From Patescibacteria group bacterium (GTDB taxonomy: Bacteria; Patescibacteriota; Patescibacteriia; JAHIZJ01): 64,000 bases of DNA. The DNA lies in assembly GCA_041650335.1 (NCBI GenBank), contig JBAZLK010000002.1:124070-188069 (forward strand), written 5' to 3'. Position 1 is the first letter of the stretch, and each line of letters opens with the position of its first letter. Shown here one piece after another: positions 18,947 through 29,243 of the stretch. Position numbers and translations under genes: made by a program. The notes under the pieces were generated by a model. It made no database searches. It saw nothing but the letters and a program-made list of their open reading frames with translations, and was not told where the DNA came from.

Positions 18947-20047
18947 TTAAATATGTTTACGTTGCCGCCAACGTTCTTCAACTAATTTTCCAATTTGTTC
19001 CTTGAACCGGTCCTGATTGAACGTCTCGGCGTGCGCCCGAATTACTGCCGGATCAAATGTTTCCGGCTTGAAACGGAGTACGGCGTCGGCCAAAGCCGCC
19101 CAATGCTGGTCGGCAAAAAATATTCCGGTCTTATTTTCGACGACTGTATCCAAGGCGCCGCCTTTGGCGAAAGCGATTACGGGCCGACCAGCCGCCATTG
19201 CTTCAATGGCCGTGATACCAAAATCCTCTTCTTGAGGGTAGATAAATGCCTTCGCCCGTCGCATCAGCTGAGCTTTCTGTTGTTCGGAAACTGGTCCGAG
19301 AAATTCGATGTTCGCCTTCGCGATTTTTCGGAGGCGTTTTTCTTCCGGTCCATCACCAAATATCTTGAGCGGCAGGCCAAGTTGGTTAAACGCGTGAACA
19401 GCCAAATCATACCGTTTATAGGGCACCAGCCGCCCGCCAATGAGAAAATAGTTATCATAGCCGTCCGACACTTGAAAATTCCGCATTTCGACCGGCGGAT
19501 AGATCACCTCGCTCGAACGTCGGTAGTATTTTGCGATCCGCTGTCGTACCGATTGCGAGTTCGCAATAAATTCGTCAACCCGCTGGGCTGCCAATTGGTC
19601 CCAGAGGCGTATCCGGGGCAGGATAAACGGGATAAGTTTTTTTATCAATAAAGGATAGCGGAGCTCTTGAACGTAACTGTAGGTATCACTCCAGAGGTAC
19701 CGCGTCGGCGAATGACAATAACAAATATGGATACTGTCCGGTCGGGTGATCACGCCCTTGGCAAAGGCGGAACACGATGAAAGGATCACGTCGTATTCCG
19801 ATAAATCATAATGCTCAACCGCCGTTGGCATCCACGGCAAAAACCATTGATAGTGGCGCAAACCGAGGGGTATTTTCTGAATAAAGGAGGTGTAAATTTT
19901 CCGGTCTCGAAACGATGGATTGGCCCGCTTCCGGTCATAAACCAAGGTATACGTTGGCGCGTCCGGATAGAGTTCCTGGAACGCCTGCAGAACTCGTTCG
20001 GCTCCCCCGTCCTGAGCCAAATGCTCGTGAATTAATGCGATTTTCAT
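18947..20047 (-). CDS. Glycosyltransferase family 4 (WbaZ-like)
   Basis: GGAERV, CYCHSPTRYLW, EEDFGITAIEAMAAGRPVIA. Confidence 0.93.
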   Translation of the reverse strand: MKIALIHEHLAQDGGAERVLQAFQELYPDAPTYTLVYDRKRANPSFRDRKIYTSFIQKIPLGLRHYQWFLPWMPTAVEHYDLSEYDVILSSCSAFAKGVITRPDSIHICYCHSPTRYLWSDTYSYVQELRYPLLIKKLIPFILPRIRLWDQLAAQRVDEFIANSQSVRQRIAKYYRRSSEVIYPPVEMRNFQVSDGYDNYFLIGGRLVPYKRYDLAVHAFNQLGLPLKIFGDGPEEKRLRKIAKANIEFLGPVSEQQKAQLMRRAKAFIYPQEEDFGITAIEAMAAGRPVIAFAKGGALDTVVENKTGIFFADQHWAALADAVLRFKPETFDPAVIRAHAETFNQDRFKEQIGKLVEERWRQRKHI

Positions 20048-20050
20048 AGG

Positions 20051-21439
20051 TTAGCTTGCTGATTTAGCACTCAATACGACCCAGGGGGTACGCAAAAGTA
20101 TTTTAAAATCTAATAACGGTGACCAGTGTTCGATATAGTAGATATCAAGTCGCGCCTCCTCGTTAAAGTTCAGTTCCGAACGTCCTGATATCTGCGCCAG
20201 CCCGGTAACACCCGGTTTAATGGCGAGCAATTTCCGCTGTTCTTTTTGGTAGCGGCGGACTTCCTCGGGTTCGTGCGGCCGCGGGCCGACCAGGCTCATT
20301 TCGCCCCGAAGTATATTAAAGAGTTGGGGCAACTCATCAAGACTCGTCCGACGGATGAATTTGCCGAACCGCGTTACCCGGGGATCGTCTTTCATCTTGA
20401 ACAACGGACCATCGCTACGTTCATTAAACTTCATGAGCTCGGGTTTCATAGCGTGTGCGTTCTCCACCATCGAGCGAAATTTATACGCGCCGAAGCGGCG
20501 CTCCCGTTCGCCGACCCGCTCCGAACGATAAAATACCGGTCCGGAGCTGTCGAGCTTGATAATAATCGCGACACAAATCAAGAGCGGCGACAAGATAAGA
20601 AGGATAATGGCCGCAAAAAATGTATCAGTGATTCTTTTCAGGATCCGACCCCAGCCGTCAAGCGGTGTTCGCTTGATCTCAATCATGGGACGGCCGATAA
20701 TGGTTTCAATGGTCACGTTCGAAATTGCCGCATCGAGCAGGTCGGCGGTATATTTGAACGAGACGTGGCGATCGTGACACAGGTCAACCATCTTCAGGCG
20801 TGTTTCTCGGCCAGCAGACGGGTCAGCCAAAATAACTTCATCGATCGGCTGTGCCTGGAGCATACCGCCAAGTTGCTGAATCGCTGCGTCTCCACTCACA
20901 GGTATTTCTGCCAGCACCCGGTACCCCAGTTGCGGACTGGCTCGAAATTGCTTATTGAGTAGACTGGCCGTCTCGCCCGACCCGATGATGAGGACATTGC
21001 GTAAGCCATAGCCTTTTTGCAATAACGCGTGCTGGATTGATCGAACAATCAGGCGACCGATACTGACGGATACGATTGCTAACAGCCAGCCGGCTAAAAT
21101 AATAAACCGCGAGGAGAATAACTCGCGCTGGAAAAAAATTAATACCATGAGAAAGAGGACGCCCGTTGAACAGGCCAGAAATATTTTTACGATTTCGTCG
21201 AGAAATCGCCGCGTTCCCCGCATCGTGTACAAGCCGGACAGCGCAAAGACACATACCCAAATCAAACCAACGCCGATGAGAATCGGTATGAATTCCTTGA
21301 GCGGCAGCTCATAGACGACTGGTCGCAGGCTGGCAATCTCGCGGAAGCGCAATCGATACGCGACCAGTCCGGCTGCCACAATCATCAGATAATCAACTGG
21401 TACTAAAACACCGCTGAAAACGAGTTCAGTTCTTTTCAT
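20051..21439 (-). CDS. Undecaprenyl-phosphate sugar-phosphotransferase (WcaJ/WbaP family)
   Basis: KFRSM, DDPRVTRFGKFIRRTSLDELPQLFNILRGEMSLVGPRP, KPGVTGLAQI. Confidence 0.95.
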   Translation of the reverse strand: MKRTELVFSGVLVPVDYLMIVAAGLVAYRLRFREIASLRPVVYELPLKEFIPILIGVGLIWVCVFALSGLYTMRGTRRFLDEIVKIFLACSTGVLFLMVLIFFQRELFSSRFIILAGWLLAIVSVSIGRLIVRSIQHALLQKGYGLRNVLIIGSGETASLLNKQFRASPQLGYRVLAEIPVSGDAAIQQLGGMLQAQPIDEVILADPSAGRETRLKMVDLCHDRHVSFKYTADLLDAAISNVTIETIIGRPMIEIKRTPLDGWGRILKRITDTFFAAIILLILSPLLICVAIIIKLDSSGPVFYRSERVGERERRFGAYKFRSMVENAHAMKPELMKFNERSDGPLFKMKDDPRVTRFGKFIRRTSLDELPQLFNILRGEMSLVGPRPHEPEEVRRYQKEQRKLLAIKPGVTGLAQISGRSELNFNEEARLDIYYIEHWSPLLDFKILLRTPWVVLSAKSAS

Positions 21440-21459
21440 AAAATGTCGTTAGCGTCTCA

Positions 21460-22013
21460 AGAAGACCGATAAGCCGAATTCTGTCTCCGCACCACTCGCT
21501 CCGTTCCACTATCGCTCGGGTGCAGAGCAAGCCCTGTATTGAAATTGGGGGCTTGCTCTGTGCCCAAACATAGCGAAGCGAAGTGAGTGGTACAGAGGAT
21601 GATCATCTCTCTAGGCCCGAGTGTTGCCACTGGGCTCAAGCGACCTACCCGTCCGGTCGACTGACCGGACCTATTCGGTCTTGCACCTGGCAGGGTTTTT
21701 CCCGTCCGATCATTACTGACCGGACCTGTGGGCTCTTGCTTTCACCCGCCGAAGCGGGCTATCCCACGCGAAGGTGGGCCCACTCTTTTCACCCTTACTA
21801 ACAGAGGCACCAAGTTTATGCCTCCATTAGCGGTATTGTTTCTGTGACACTCTCCCTGGCTTACGCGCGCCTCAAAAGTCTATAGTGCTCTTCAGACCAC
21901 GCGTTTCCGCCTCCATTTCGAAGGTGCCAACTTACCCGGCCGCATGACCGGGTGGTGTTCGGACTTTCCTCCCTCAGGCATTTATTTGCCTGACGGCGAT
22001 CATCTGGTCTTCT
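21460..22013 (-). ncRNA. rnpB: RNase P RNA, enlarged (~550 nt)
   Basis: Minus strand GAAGACCAGATGATCGC..GAGGAAAGTCCGAACACCA..AGTGTCACAGAAA..GGTGAAA..GGTGCAAG..AGAGATGATC..ACAGAATTCGGCTTATCGGTCTTC; TTGACA-17-TATGGT promoter at 22026-22054. Confidence 0.95.
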
Positions 22014-22115
22014 CAAGACTTCAATACCATACCGTATTATCTGTTTTTTGTCAATAATAATAAGAGCAACTGTTTATACATAATCAAAAGGGTTGCCTGC
22101 TTCGAATTTTGCCTA

Positions 22116-22535
22116 TTATGATTTCAAATTATTGTCGAGCGCTTGATTTACAAGCTGGTCGGCAATCTTATTTTTTTCCCGCGGAATCGCGTGGAAAGAT
22201 GCTTTTTTGAATTGATGAATGAGGTTCCACGTTTTCACGAAATACGGCCCCAGCCCTTGATTCTTCACCTTGTATTTCAGATTTAACTGCTGAACAACCA
22301 GCTCGCTGTCGAGATAGCACTCGACTTCATGGGCGCCGAGCTCGAGCGCCCGCGCCAACGCAAATTCAATCGCTTGATACTCCGCCTGATTATTCGTCGC
22401 CACGCCGATAAAGGATGAAATTTTATCGACCACTGTTATTCCGTCCGCCGCAAACAGAACCGCTCCGACTGCCGCGGGGCCGGGGTTACCGCGCGCGCCA
22501 CCGTCAGAGTAAATTATAATTTTGCTTTGTTCCAT
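22116..22535 (-). CDS. rnhA: Ribonuclease HI family protein
   Basis: YSDGGARGNPGPA, TNNQAEY, DSELVV, PREKNKIADQL. Confidence 0.92.
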   Translation of the reverse strand: MEQSKIIIYSDGGARGNPGPAAVGAVLFAADGITVVDKISSFIGVATNNQAEYQAIEFALARALELGAHEVECYLDSELVVQQLNLKYKVKNQGLGPYFVKTWNLIHQFKKASFHAIPREKNKIADQLVNQALDNNLKS

Positions 22536-24040
22536 ACGTATGAATAATATGATGTATCAGTCATCAATTCGATCGGCGCCCGATTGTCGGTAAAGACGAG
22601 GCCGTGGGTTGGTCGATAGAATTCAATCGCGTCCGTAATTCCTTCGGCGAGCGGCTTGACTGATGCAGGGTAAACAGCATTCGCGAAGTCAAGCGGCGCC
22701 TGACTCGCCATAACCAGGTAATTGACGGCATTTGGCTGCCTGATAAACGCTACCGTCGGAAAAGCCGTGCCCAGGGTGCGTAAAAAAGAATCAAATAGGG
22801 TTGAATTTTTGTTCGGAGCGACGAAGTTAATAGCCACCGCCCCGTTCGGCTGGAGGTGGTCGGCGACCAACATAAAAAATTCCTTGGTGGCTAAATGGAA
22901 CGGGATCGCCATTTGATTCGTATAGACATCAACGACGATGAGGTCGTACTTCCCGGTCTGCTGACGCAAAAACGAGCGCCCATCGGCGATGTGAATGGCA
23001 ACCGGCAGCGTGCCGAGCTCAAAAAATTTCCGTCCGGCTTCGATTAAACCGGGATCAATATCAACGCCGTCCATTGTTAAGTCATAGTCGCGTCCATAGA
23101 CTTGTTCATACAGCCGCGCCCCCGTCCCCCCGGCAACGCCGATAAATAGGACGTCGAGGGGCTGCCCGGCTTTTTTAAGCGTCGGCGGAAGAAGCGTTAA
23201 ATAATCAAAGTAATGTCCCGTGAAAACCGAATTTTTCATATAGACGGATTGCAGCGCGTGGCCTTCATTCGTGATCAGTAGACGCTCGTTGTTGCGTTCG
23301 AGCACTTGGATGAACTGGTAGGGCGTTTCACGCTCGTAAATCACATCAGCCCGTGGTCGGATTTTTCCGTTTGCGAAAAATATGGTGGAAAGCGATAAAA
23401 GCGTAAATAATCCGGCCGGTATAAAAATAAGGAGCAGGACGGATTTTCTCCAACCGAAAGCGCCCAGGATTAATAAGACCGCCGCCGATATAAAAATCGT
23501 TTCTTGAGTGCCAACATAGGGGATCGCGACAAATGCGGTAATAAAGGTCCCGACAATACTGCCGACTGTTGACCAGGCGTAGAGCGAGCCAGCCGAGGAG
23601 CCGGTTTGTTCAACCGCTGAGGTAGCCAAACGGACGGCGAACGGACTGACCATGCCGAGTAAAAAGACGGGCGGGGCAAACAGGCACAGTATCAGAATAA
23701 ACGCGCCAAACGACAAGGAGAGGGCGTTCTGGCTAAAGTTGTCGAGCACGGCCGGCGCGAGCGCCCGATAGACAAAGGGCACTACGCTCACATAAAGACC
23801 GGCCATAATCGTGATTTTCATGAGCAGGGTCAGGGACGGTTTCCGGTCAGCGAGCCGCCCGCCATACCAGTAGCCGAGCGCGAGGGCGATGAGTATAATC
23901 CCGATAATATTCGCCCAAATAAATATGCTGGCGCCAAAATACGGGGCCAGCAAGCGCGAGGCCGCCATTTCCAGGACGAGGACGACAAAACCTGTTCCAA
24001 AAACGAAAAATCGAAGATAGCGCAGTTGTCCGGGCGTCAT
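22514..24040 (-). CDS. Fused membrane domain / spermidine synthase-like protein
   Basis: LEMAASRLLAPYFGAS TM region plus IGVAGG, DIDP, DGRSFL, DLIVVDVY, FTDNRAP. Confidence 0.9.
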   Translation of the reverse strand: MTPGQLRYLRFFVFGTGFVVLVLEMAASRLLAPYFGASIFIWANIIGIILIALALGYWYGGRLADRKPSLTLLMKITIMAGLYVSVVPFVYRALAPAVLDNFSQNALSLSFGAFILILCLFAPPVFLLGMVSPFAVRLATSAVEQTGSSAGSLYAWSTVGSIVGTFITAFVAIPYVGTQETIFISAAVLLILGAFGWRKSVLLLIFIPAGLFTLLSLSTIFFANGKIRPRADVIYERETPYQFIQVLERNNERLLITNEGHALQSVYMKNSVFTGHYFDYLTLLPPTLKKAGQPLDVLFIGVAGGTGARLYEQVYGRDYDLTMDGVDIDPGLIEAGRKFFELGTLPVAIHIADGRSFLRQQTGKYDLIVVDVYTNQMAIPFHLATKEFFMLVADHLQPNGAVAINFVAPNKNSTLFDSFLRTLGTAFPTVAFIRQPNAVNYLVMASQAPLDFANAVYPASVKPLAEGITDAIEFYRPTHGLVFTDNRAPIELMTDTSYYSYVWNKAKL

Positions 24041-25743
24041 GAGGTCCGATGAAGATCAATGATTTTCAATTGTAGCTCTTGGGTGCCATTCCACTGGTTC
24101 ACGCCGACTTCGTAGGCGATTTCAACCGGCGCGTCGACCAATAATTCGTCACCGCGCGCGCCAAAGCCGAAACCAATGAAACGGCGGCTTACCGTTGCCT
24201 CGTCTCGGGTGACGAGCCGTAAATGGTTGCGATTGGCGCCGACCCGTTCCCAATCAATCACCGTCAATCGCGTACTGGCGAAAACTGGTGACGGGTTGCC
24301 CTCGCCAAATGGCGCGAACGCCTCGAGCGCTTCGACCAGCGGCCAATCGATCTGGCTGAATTGTATTTCCGCGTCAACCGTCAGCTGGGGGCGTAATTCC
24401 AAACCGTGCAAACTGTCAGCGGCCAGCTGCGAAAGCGCCTTTGTAAAATCTGTCACGCTGACGTCTTCTTTCAACGTAAAACCGCAGGCCTGACGATGCC
24501 CTCCATAATGAACCAGCAGATGTTCTATTTTTTTCAGCGCTTCGGTAATATGAAATTCGGCGATGCTCCGACCGGACCCAATGATCAGGTTTTGCCGCCG
24601 GCCGATGATGACCGCCGGCCGATGGTGTTTTTCGCAAAGCCGCGAGGCGACCAGCCCGATTAATCCAGCCGGCCAGTCGTTCCCCTGCGCCACCACGAGA
24701 TATTGCTCAGGCAAAACGTTGCCGATTTGCTCTTCAGCCTGTTGAGCAATTTGCTCAGTCAGGCGCTGGCGCGATTGGTTCAGCTGATGGAGATTCTGGG
24801 CAAACTCTGCTGCTTCGTCCCGCAAGCCAGTCATTAGGAGCGCATAGGCGGCATTGGCGTGGTCCACTCGTCCCGCCGCGTTCAAGCGCGGCACGATCTG
24901 GAAAGCGACCGACCGCGCATCAATGCTTTCGGGTTTCAAGCCCATAACCTGATATAGCGCTTCGAGTCCGACGCGCCGGGTTTTTTGGAGCACAATTAAG
25001 CCATACTTCGTCAAGGTTCGGTTTTCACCGACCAGCGGTACGTAATCAGCGATGGTGCCAAGCGCGACGAGATCGAGGAGCCATTTTTCTTCGGCTTCAG
25101 GGTGGTTTGCCCGCCGCAAGAGCGCTTGTGATAGTTTAAATGCGACGCCAGTGCCGGACAGCTTGGCAAATGGATACGTTTCCTCAGCTAATGACGGGTT
25201 TATGATGCAGTCGGCTGGCGGTAGTTCTCCATGGGCAAGATGATGGTCGGTGATAATGACATCCATCCCCTTTTTCTTCGCCAACGCCACCTCGGCCGTA
25301 TTAGTCGTGCCACAATCAACGGTAATAATCAATTGGGTGCCCTTTTTCGCCAGCTCAGTAATCGTGGCAATATTTAAACCGTAGCCCTCGATCTCACGAT
25401 GCGGCAAATACACTTCGATCGCACTCTCCGGGGCGATTAAGCGCAGGGTGGAAACCAGCGTTGCCGTTCCGCAGACACCGTCGGCGTCATAGTCGCCGTG
25501 AACGACAATTTTTTCCTTTTCCGACAAGGCCTTCTGTATCCGAACAACCGCCCGCTCCATATCGCGAAATAGAAACGGATCATGGACGTCTTGGCTATAG
25601 TCGGGATTGAGAAATTCATCAATCGCCGCCTGGGTCCGTAAGCCACGGTTCCAGAGCAATTGCAAAACAATCGGATGAATTTCCGGAAAGGCATTGCGTT
25701 CTTTCTGGGTGAGCTTCGGCGCTACCCGCCAAACATGATCCAT
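24037..25743 (-). CDS. recJ: ssDNA exonuclease RecJ
   Basis: GDYDADG, TVDCG, TDHH, GTIAD, PRLNAAGR, GSGRS, GGH, APFGEGNP. Confidence 0.97.
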   Translation of the reverse strand: MDHVWRVAPKLTQKERNAFPEIHPIVLQLLWNRGLRTQAAIDEFLNPDYSQDVHDPFLFRDMERAVVRIQKALSEKEKIVVHGDYDADGVCGTATLVSTLRLIAPESAIEVYLPHREIEGYGLNIATITELAKKGTQLIITVDCGTTNTAEVALAKKKGMDVIITDHHLAHGELPPADCIINPSLAEETYPFAKLSGTGVAFKLSQALLRRANHPEAEEKWLLDLVALGTIADYVPLVGENRTLTKYGLIVLQKTRRVGLEALYQVMGLKPESIDARSVAFQIVPRLNAAGRVDHANAAYALLMTGLRDEAAEFAQNLHQLNQSRQRLTEQIAQQAEEQIGNVLPEQYLVVAQGNDWPAGLIGLVASRLCEKHHRPAVIIGRRQNLIIGSGRSIAEFHITEALKKIEHLLVHYGGHRQACGFTLKEDVSVTDFTKALSQLAADSLHGLELRPQLTVDAEIQFSQIDWPLVEALEAFAPFGEGNPSPVFASTRLTVIDWERVGANRNHLRLVTRDEATVSRRFIGFGFGARGDELLVDAPVEIAYEVGVNQWNGTQELQLKIIDLHRTS

Positions 25744-25837
25744 GGGTTTACTGTACCATCAATTATTCTATCGGTAAAGAAAAAATCGGGTGATTTCCCC
25801 GCTTGAAATCTTCCTGGTCGTTACTCGGTACCCGCTT

Positions 25838-26380
25838 TCACTGGGCCGGGCTATAATTACCAATCGCCGAGGTGACGCCACCGCTGACGACCTGGCAAGG
25901 CGCTGTACTCCGTTCTAGACAGGTGCTTAAATGATAGGTCTGATTTGATAAGACCTCGCTATCATTCGCATCACGGACGCAGGCTTGCCCGGTACCAGGT
26001 TCATAATGGCAGTAATAGTATCGATACCCCTGGCCGCAGGAGCAGCCGGTCGTGGCGTTGACCGGATCGAGTGGTATCGCCGCGAGGTATTTCAGATCGA
26101 CCAATTCTTGTAAAGGATTTCCAATCGTTTGGGCGCTGCCGTTTTTCCATTCAGAATCGGTGCTAAAACCCTCGCCGATCGGGTAATGGCCGAATTTTTT
26201 ATAATACCGATCAAGCGCGACCGTAATTTGCGCGAGGTTATCCCTCCGTTGATTATCGCGCTTGTTGATTTTAAAACGGTGCATGTAATAGACGCCGATA
26301 ACCGTAATTAGACATATGACAAAAATTATCGCCATTATCGCCATAACCGTTACACCGCTGATATTTTTTTGCTTTTTCAT
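25838..26380 (-). CDS. Type IV pilin / GspG-like protein
   Basis: Basic leader then G|VT hydrophobic helix, RDNQRRDNL..I..AL..YY...GHYP, YL..IPLDP, Cys pairs. Confidence 0.75.
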   Translation of the reverse strand: MKKQKNISGVTVMAIMAIIFVICLITVIGVYYMHRFKINKRDNQRRDNLAQITVALDRYYKKFGHYPIGEGFSTDSEWKNGSAQTIGNPLQELVDLKYLAAIPLDPVNATTGCSCGQGYRYYYCHYEPGTGQACVRDANDSEVLSNQTYHLSTCLERSTAPCQVVSGGVTSAIGNYSPAQ

Positions 26381-26384
26381 AAGG

Positions 26385-26849
26385 CTATTTTAGCATTATT
26401 TTTCCGCCGGGCAAATACCCGTGCGCCCGCAGCTGGTCATGCACTTGCCGGAGAATTACTTTTTGATTCAGGTATCTCAACAAACGGATGGCCTCTGGGT
26501 ATGCGCACCAACGATAGGCCGTGTGTTCATTAGACAAACGGACGCGGCCGCTCCCAAAGCCGGCAAAGAGATATACGGTTTTACATATCTGCTGCTGGCC
26601 GACCCGGAAGTGATACCGCATGAGTTTTTGAAATTGTGGCAAGATGCAAATTTTCTTTAAACCCACCTCCTCGCGTACCTCCCGCCGCGCCGCCGTTTCC
26701 ACGGTCTCGCCGGATTCGATCTTCCCCTTCGGCCACTCCCACCGCGGGCTCAGACTGGTCTTGACGAGTAGGATTTTTTTCGTCACGGCATGAAAAATAA
26801 CGATACCAGCTGAGCGCTGATAATGTTTTTTTGTTTTCGCGCGCTTCAT
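26385..26849 (-). CDS. NUDIX hydrolase (Ap4A hydrolase-like)
   Basis: SAGIVIF, WEWPKGKIESGETVETAARREVREEVG, LSNEH..Y.W. Confidence 0.88.
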   Translation of the reverse strand: MKRAKTKKHYQRSAGIVIFHAVTKKILLVKTSLSPRWEWPKGKIESGETVETAARREVREEVGLKKICILPQFQKLMRYHFRVGQQQICKTVYLFAGFGSGRVRLSNEHTAYRWCAYPEAIRLLRYLNQKVILRQVHDQLRAHGYLPGGKIMLK

Positions 26850-26853
26850 AATC

Positions 26854-27159
26854 TTAGAGACTTTGAAGGATTGAGGAAATACGCTGCGCCTCATCTCGGA
26901 CAACCTCGGAATCATATTCCCCAGCGTGGGCGTGTCCGTCCTCGTAAGTTGGCTGTTTCGCGTCGAGATGGAGGTTAACCGTTAAGCCGCCAGCGACTGT
27001 CCGTTCAAGATAAATGTGAAACTGCGGGTAGCGCACCCGGCGCAACGGTCGGACATAACTCACCTCACCGGTCCGACGATTATAAAATTCCGCGTAGCCA
27101 CACTGACGCATGAGATTCCGTTCGTTATCGCGAAAAGCCTTCTCAAACAGTATTTTCAT
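26854..27159 (-). CDS. Conserved hypothetical protein (CPR-type)
   Basis: MRQCGY..GEVSYVR...YPQFHIY...NLHLDAKQPTY...AHAGEYD; packed in the operon. Confidence 0.75.
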   Translation of the reverse strand: MKILFEKAFRDNERNLMRQCGYAEFYNRRTGEVSYVRPLRRVRYPQFHIYLERTVAGGLTVNLHLDAKQPTYEDGHAHAGEYDSEVVRDEAQRISSILQSL

Positions 27160-29242
27160 GGACCTCCGTGATTACCGCGCGGGCGTCAACCACGACTCCG
27201 CCGTCGCCGCTGGCTCCGACCAGATATGGATTGATATCCAGTTCCGATATTTGTGGATAGGTTTGAAGCATTTGTCCGAGTTGAGCGGCCGCGTGATAGA
27301 GCGCGTTTCGATCAAGCGAGCGATCACCGACCGACTGACGCAGTTGGTTCGCCAGCGGAGATTCCTCAAGCTGCCGTCGAATGGCCTGGGTTGTAAACGG
27401 CGGCAAGAGCGTTAGGATCCTTGCTTCGTTCTCCACTTCGGTGCCGCCAACGCCGATGATAACCACCGGTCCAAAGGTCGCATCGCGTTTTCCGCCGAGA
27501 AACCACTCGCGACGACCTGACACCATGCGCTGCACCATCCAGCCCTCGTCAGCGCCCCGCCGATACGAGGCGGGAAATTGTCGTTCAGCCTGCCGCAATT
27601 GCCGGCGGAGCTGAGCCGGATCGTCTAGCTGAAGCCAGATCGCTTTCTTTTTTGCCTTATGGATAACCCGATGGCTGAGGAGCTTTATAGCCAGGGGAAA
27701 GTGAAGTTTTTTCGAAACGCGGATTGCCTCGATAGCGTTCTTCGCCACCTGATACGGTGCGATCCGAAAACCAAACCGTCGCAACAGTCTCTGCGTAGCG
27801 GGCGGTAACAACAAGCCGTCCACCGGCATCTGCGAACGCGTGAAGAATTTAAGCCGCGGAAAAATGATTCGCTGTCGTGGCAACCGCCGCGCTGTTTCAT
27901 ACTCAAACAGCCGCTGAAATGCCCGGATGCCGTTTTCCGGATAAGTAAAATGCGGTAAGCGGTTTTTTTCAAAGATCGCGTAAGCGCCAGCGACTGATTT
28001 TCCGCCGAGAAAAGCGGCCAGAATCGGTTTCTCTGGATAGCGTCGCTGCACCTGAACTATTGTTTCAGCTGTCGCTGTCGGCTGAGTAACAACCTGGGGG
28101 GTCAGGATCACCAACATGCCGTCCACGGTCGGGTCAGCCGCGAGTATATTCAAAGCGCGGCGATACCGCGATTCGTCAGCATCGCCAATCAGGTCAATCG
28201 GATTGGTTAGGCTGGCTGATGGCGGCAGGGCGCGTGTTAATTTCCGCGCGGTGGCAGCCGTGAGCGTACTTAAGCGCAGCGGCGTTTGGGCAACGGCATC
28301 GGTCGCGATAATCGCGGGGCCGCCGGCATTCGTCACAATCGCCAAACGGCGCCCATGGAGGCGCCGACCGGTCGAAAAAACCATCGCCAAATCATAGAGC
28401 TCCTCTACGGTTGTGGCCACCAGCACGCCGGCGCTTTGGAGCGCCGCCAGCGTGACCTCGCGCGATGAGGCGAGAGCGCCGGTATGGGATTTGGCCGCGG
28501 TTTGACCAAGCTCTGAGAGGCCGGCCTTAAAGACAATGACTGGCTTTACTTTTATGGCCCGCTTCGCTTCTTCCAAGAAGGCGGGGCCGTTTGAAATGCT
28601 TTCCAGATAGAGCAGGATCGCTTTCGTCTTTTTATCCTGACGAAAATGGCTGAGAAAATCAGTTTCAGTTAGGCCGGCGCTGTTGCCCAGGCTAACCACG
28701 GCTCGAAATCCAACCTTGGCCCGTTTGCCCCAATCAGTGATCGCCGCGGCTAATGCGCCTGACTGAGAAATCAGCGCCACGGTTCCGCCTGGTTCAAGCG
28801 GACGACTGAATGAGGCGTTGATCCTGTTGTCGCCATGGAGAAAACCGAGGCAGTTTGGCCCGAGCAATCGGAGGTTGTACTTCCCGGCCCGTCGTTTCAG
28901 GTCACGCTCTCGCGCTTCTCCGGCTGGACCGATTTCTTTGAAACCCGATGAAATCACGATGCCGTACGGAATTCGCGCCCGGCCGCATTCTTCAATGATC
29001 CCAGGGACAGTCGGCGCCGGCGTGACGATAATTGCCACATCAATCCGGCCCGGCACTGCCAGCACGTTTGAAAAACAGCGGTGGCCAGCCACCTGTGAAA
29101 TATTCGGATTTACCGGAATGAGCCGGCCGCGGTAGCCGCCGTCGTGAAGATTGTAATACACCCGACTGCCCAGCTTATTCTTATTGCGCGAAACGCCGAT
29201 GACGGCGATCGTCCGGGGCGAAAAAAAATTTTGCATGTTCAT
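27143..29242 (-). CDS. Acetate--CoA ligase (ADP-forming), alpha/beta fusion
   Basis: FFSPRTIAVIG, GPNCLG, SQSGA, SHTGALA (catalytic His), NPIDLIGDA, ATP-grasp ELDINP. Confidence 0.92.
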   Translation of the reverse strand: MNMQNFFSPRTIAVIGVSRNKNKLGSRVYYNLHDGGYRGRLIPVNPNISQVAGHRCFSNVLAVPGRIDVAIIVTPAPTVPGIIEECGRARIPYGIVISSGFKEIGPAGEARERDLKRRAGKYNLRLLGPNCLGFLHGDNRINASFSRPLEPGGTVALISQSGALAAAITDWGKRAKVGFRAVVSLGNSAGLTETDFLSHFRQDKKTKAILLYLESISNGPAFLEEAKRAIKVKPVIVFKAGLSELGQTAAKSHTGALASSREVTLAALQSAGVLVATTVEELYDLAMVFSTGRRLHGRRLAIVTNAGGPAIIATDAVAQTPLRLSTLTAATARKLTRALPPSASLTNPIDLIGDADESRYRRALNILAADPTVDGMLVILTPQVVTQPTATAETIVQVQRRYPEKPILAAFLGGKSVAGAYAIFEKNRLPHFTYPENGIRAFQRLFEYETARRLPRQRIIFPRLKFFTRSQMPVDGLLLPPATQRLLRRFGFRIAPYQVAKNAIEAIRVSKKLHFPLAIKLLSHRVIHKAKKKAIWLQLDDPAQLRRQLRQAERQFPASYRRGADEGWMVQRMVSGRREWFLGGKRDATFGPVVIIGVGGTEVENEARILTLLPPFTTQAIRRQLEESPLANQLRQSVGDRSLDRNALYHAAAQLGQMLQTYPQISELDINPYLVGASGDGGVVVDARAVITEVHENTV

Positions 29243-29243
29243 A

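Noticed and set aside
18995-20962. Long antisense ORFs (218 and 238 aa)
   Set aside because: They shadow well-supported minus-strand genes and show no motifs.
13727-21439. DUF4012/GT4/Wzz/sugar-transferase cluster as a novel system
   Set aside because: This surface-glycan arrangement is common in Patescibacteria, and nothing unusual was seen.
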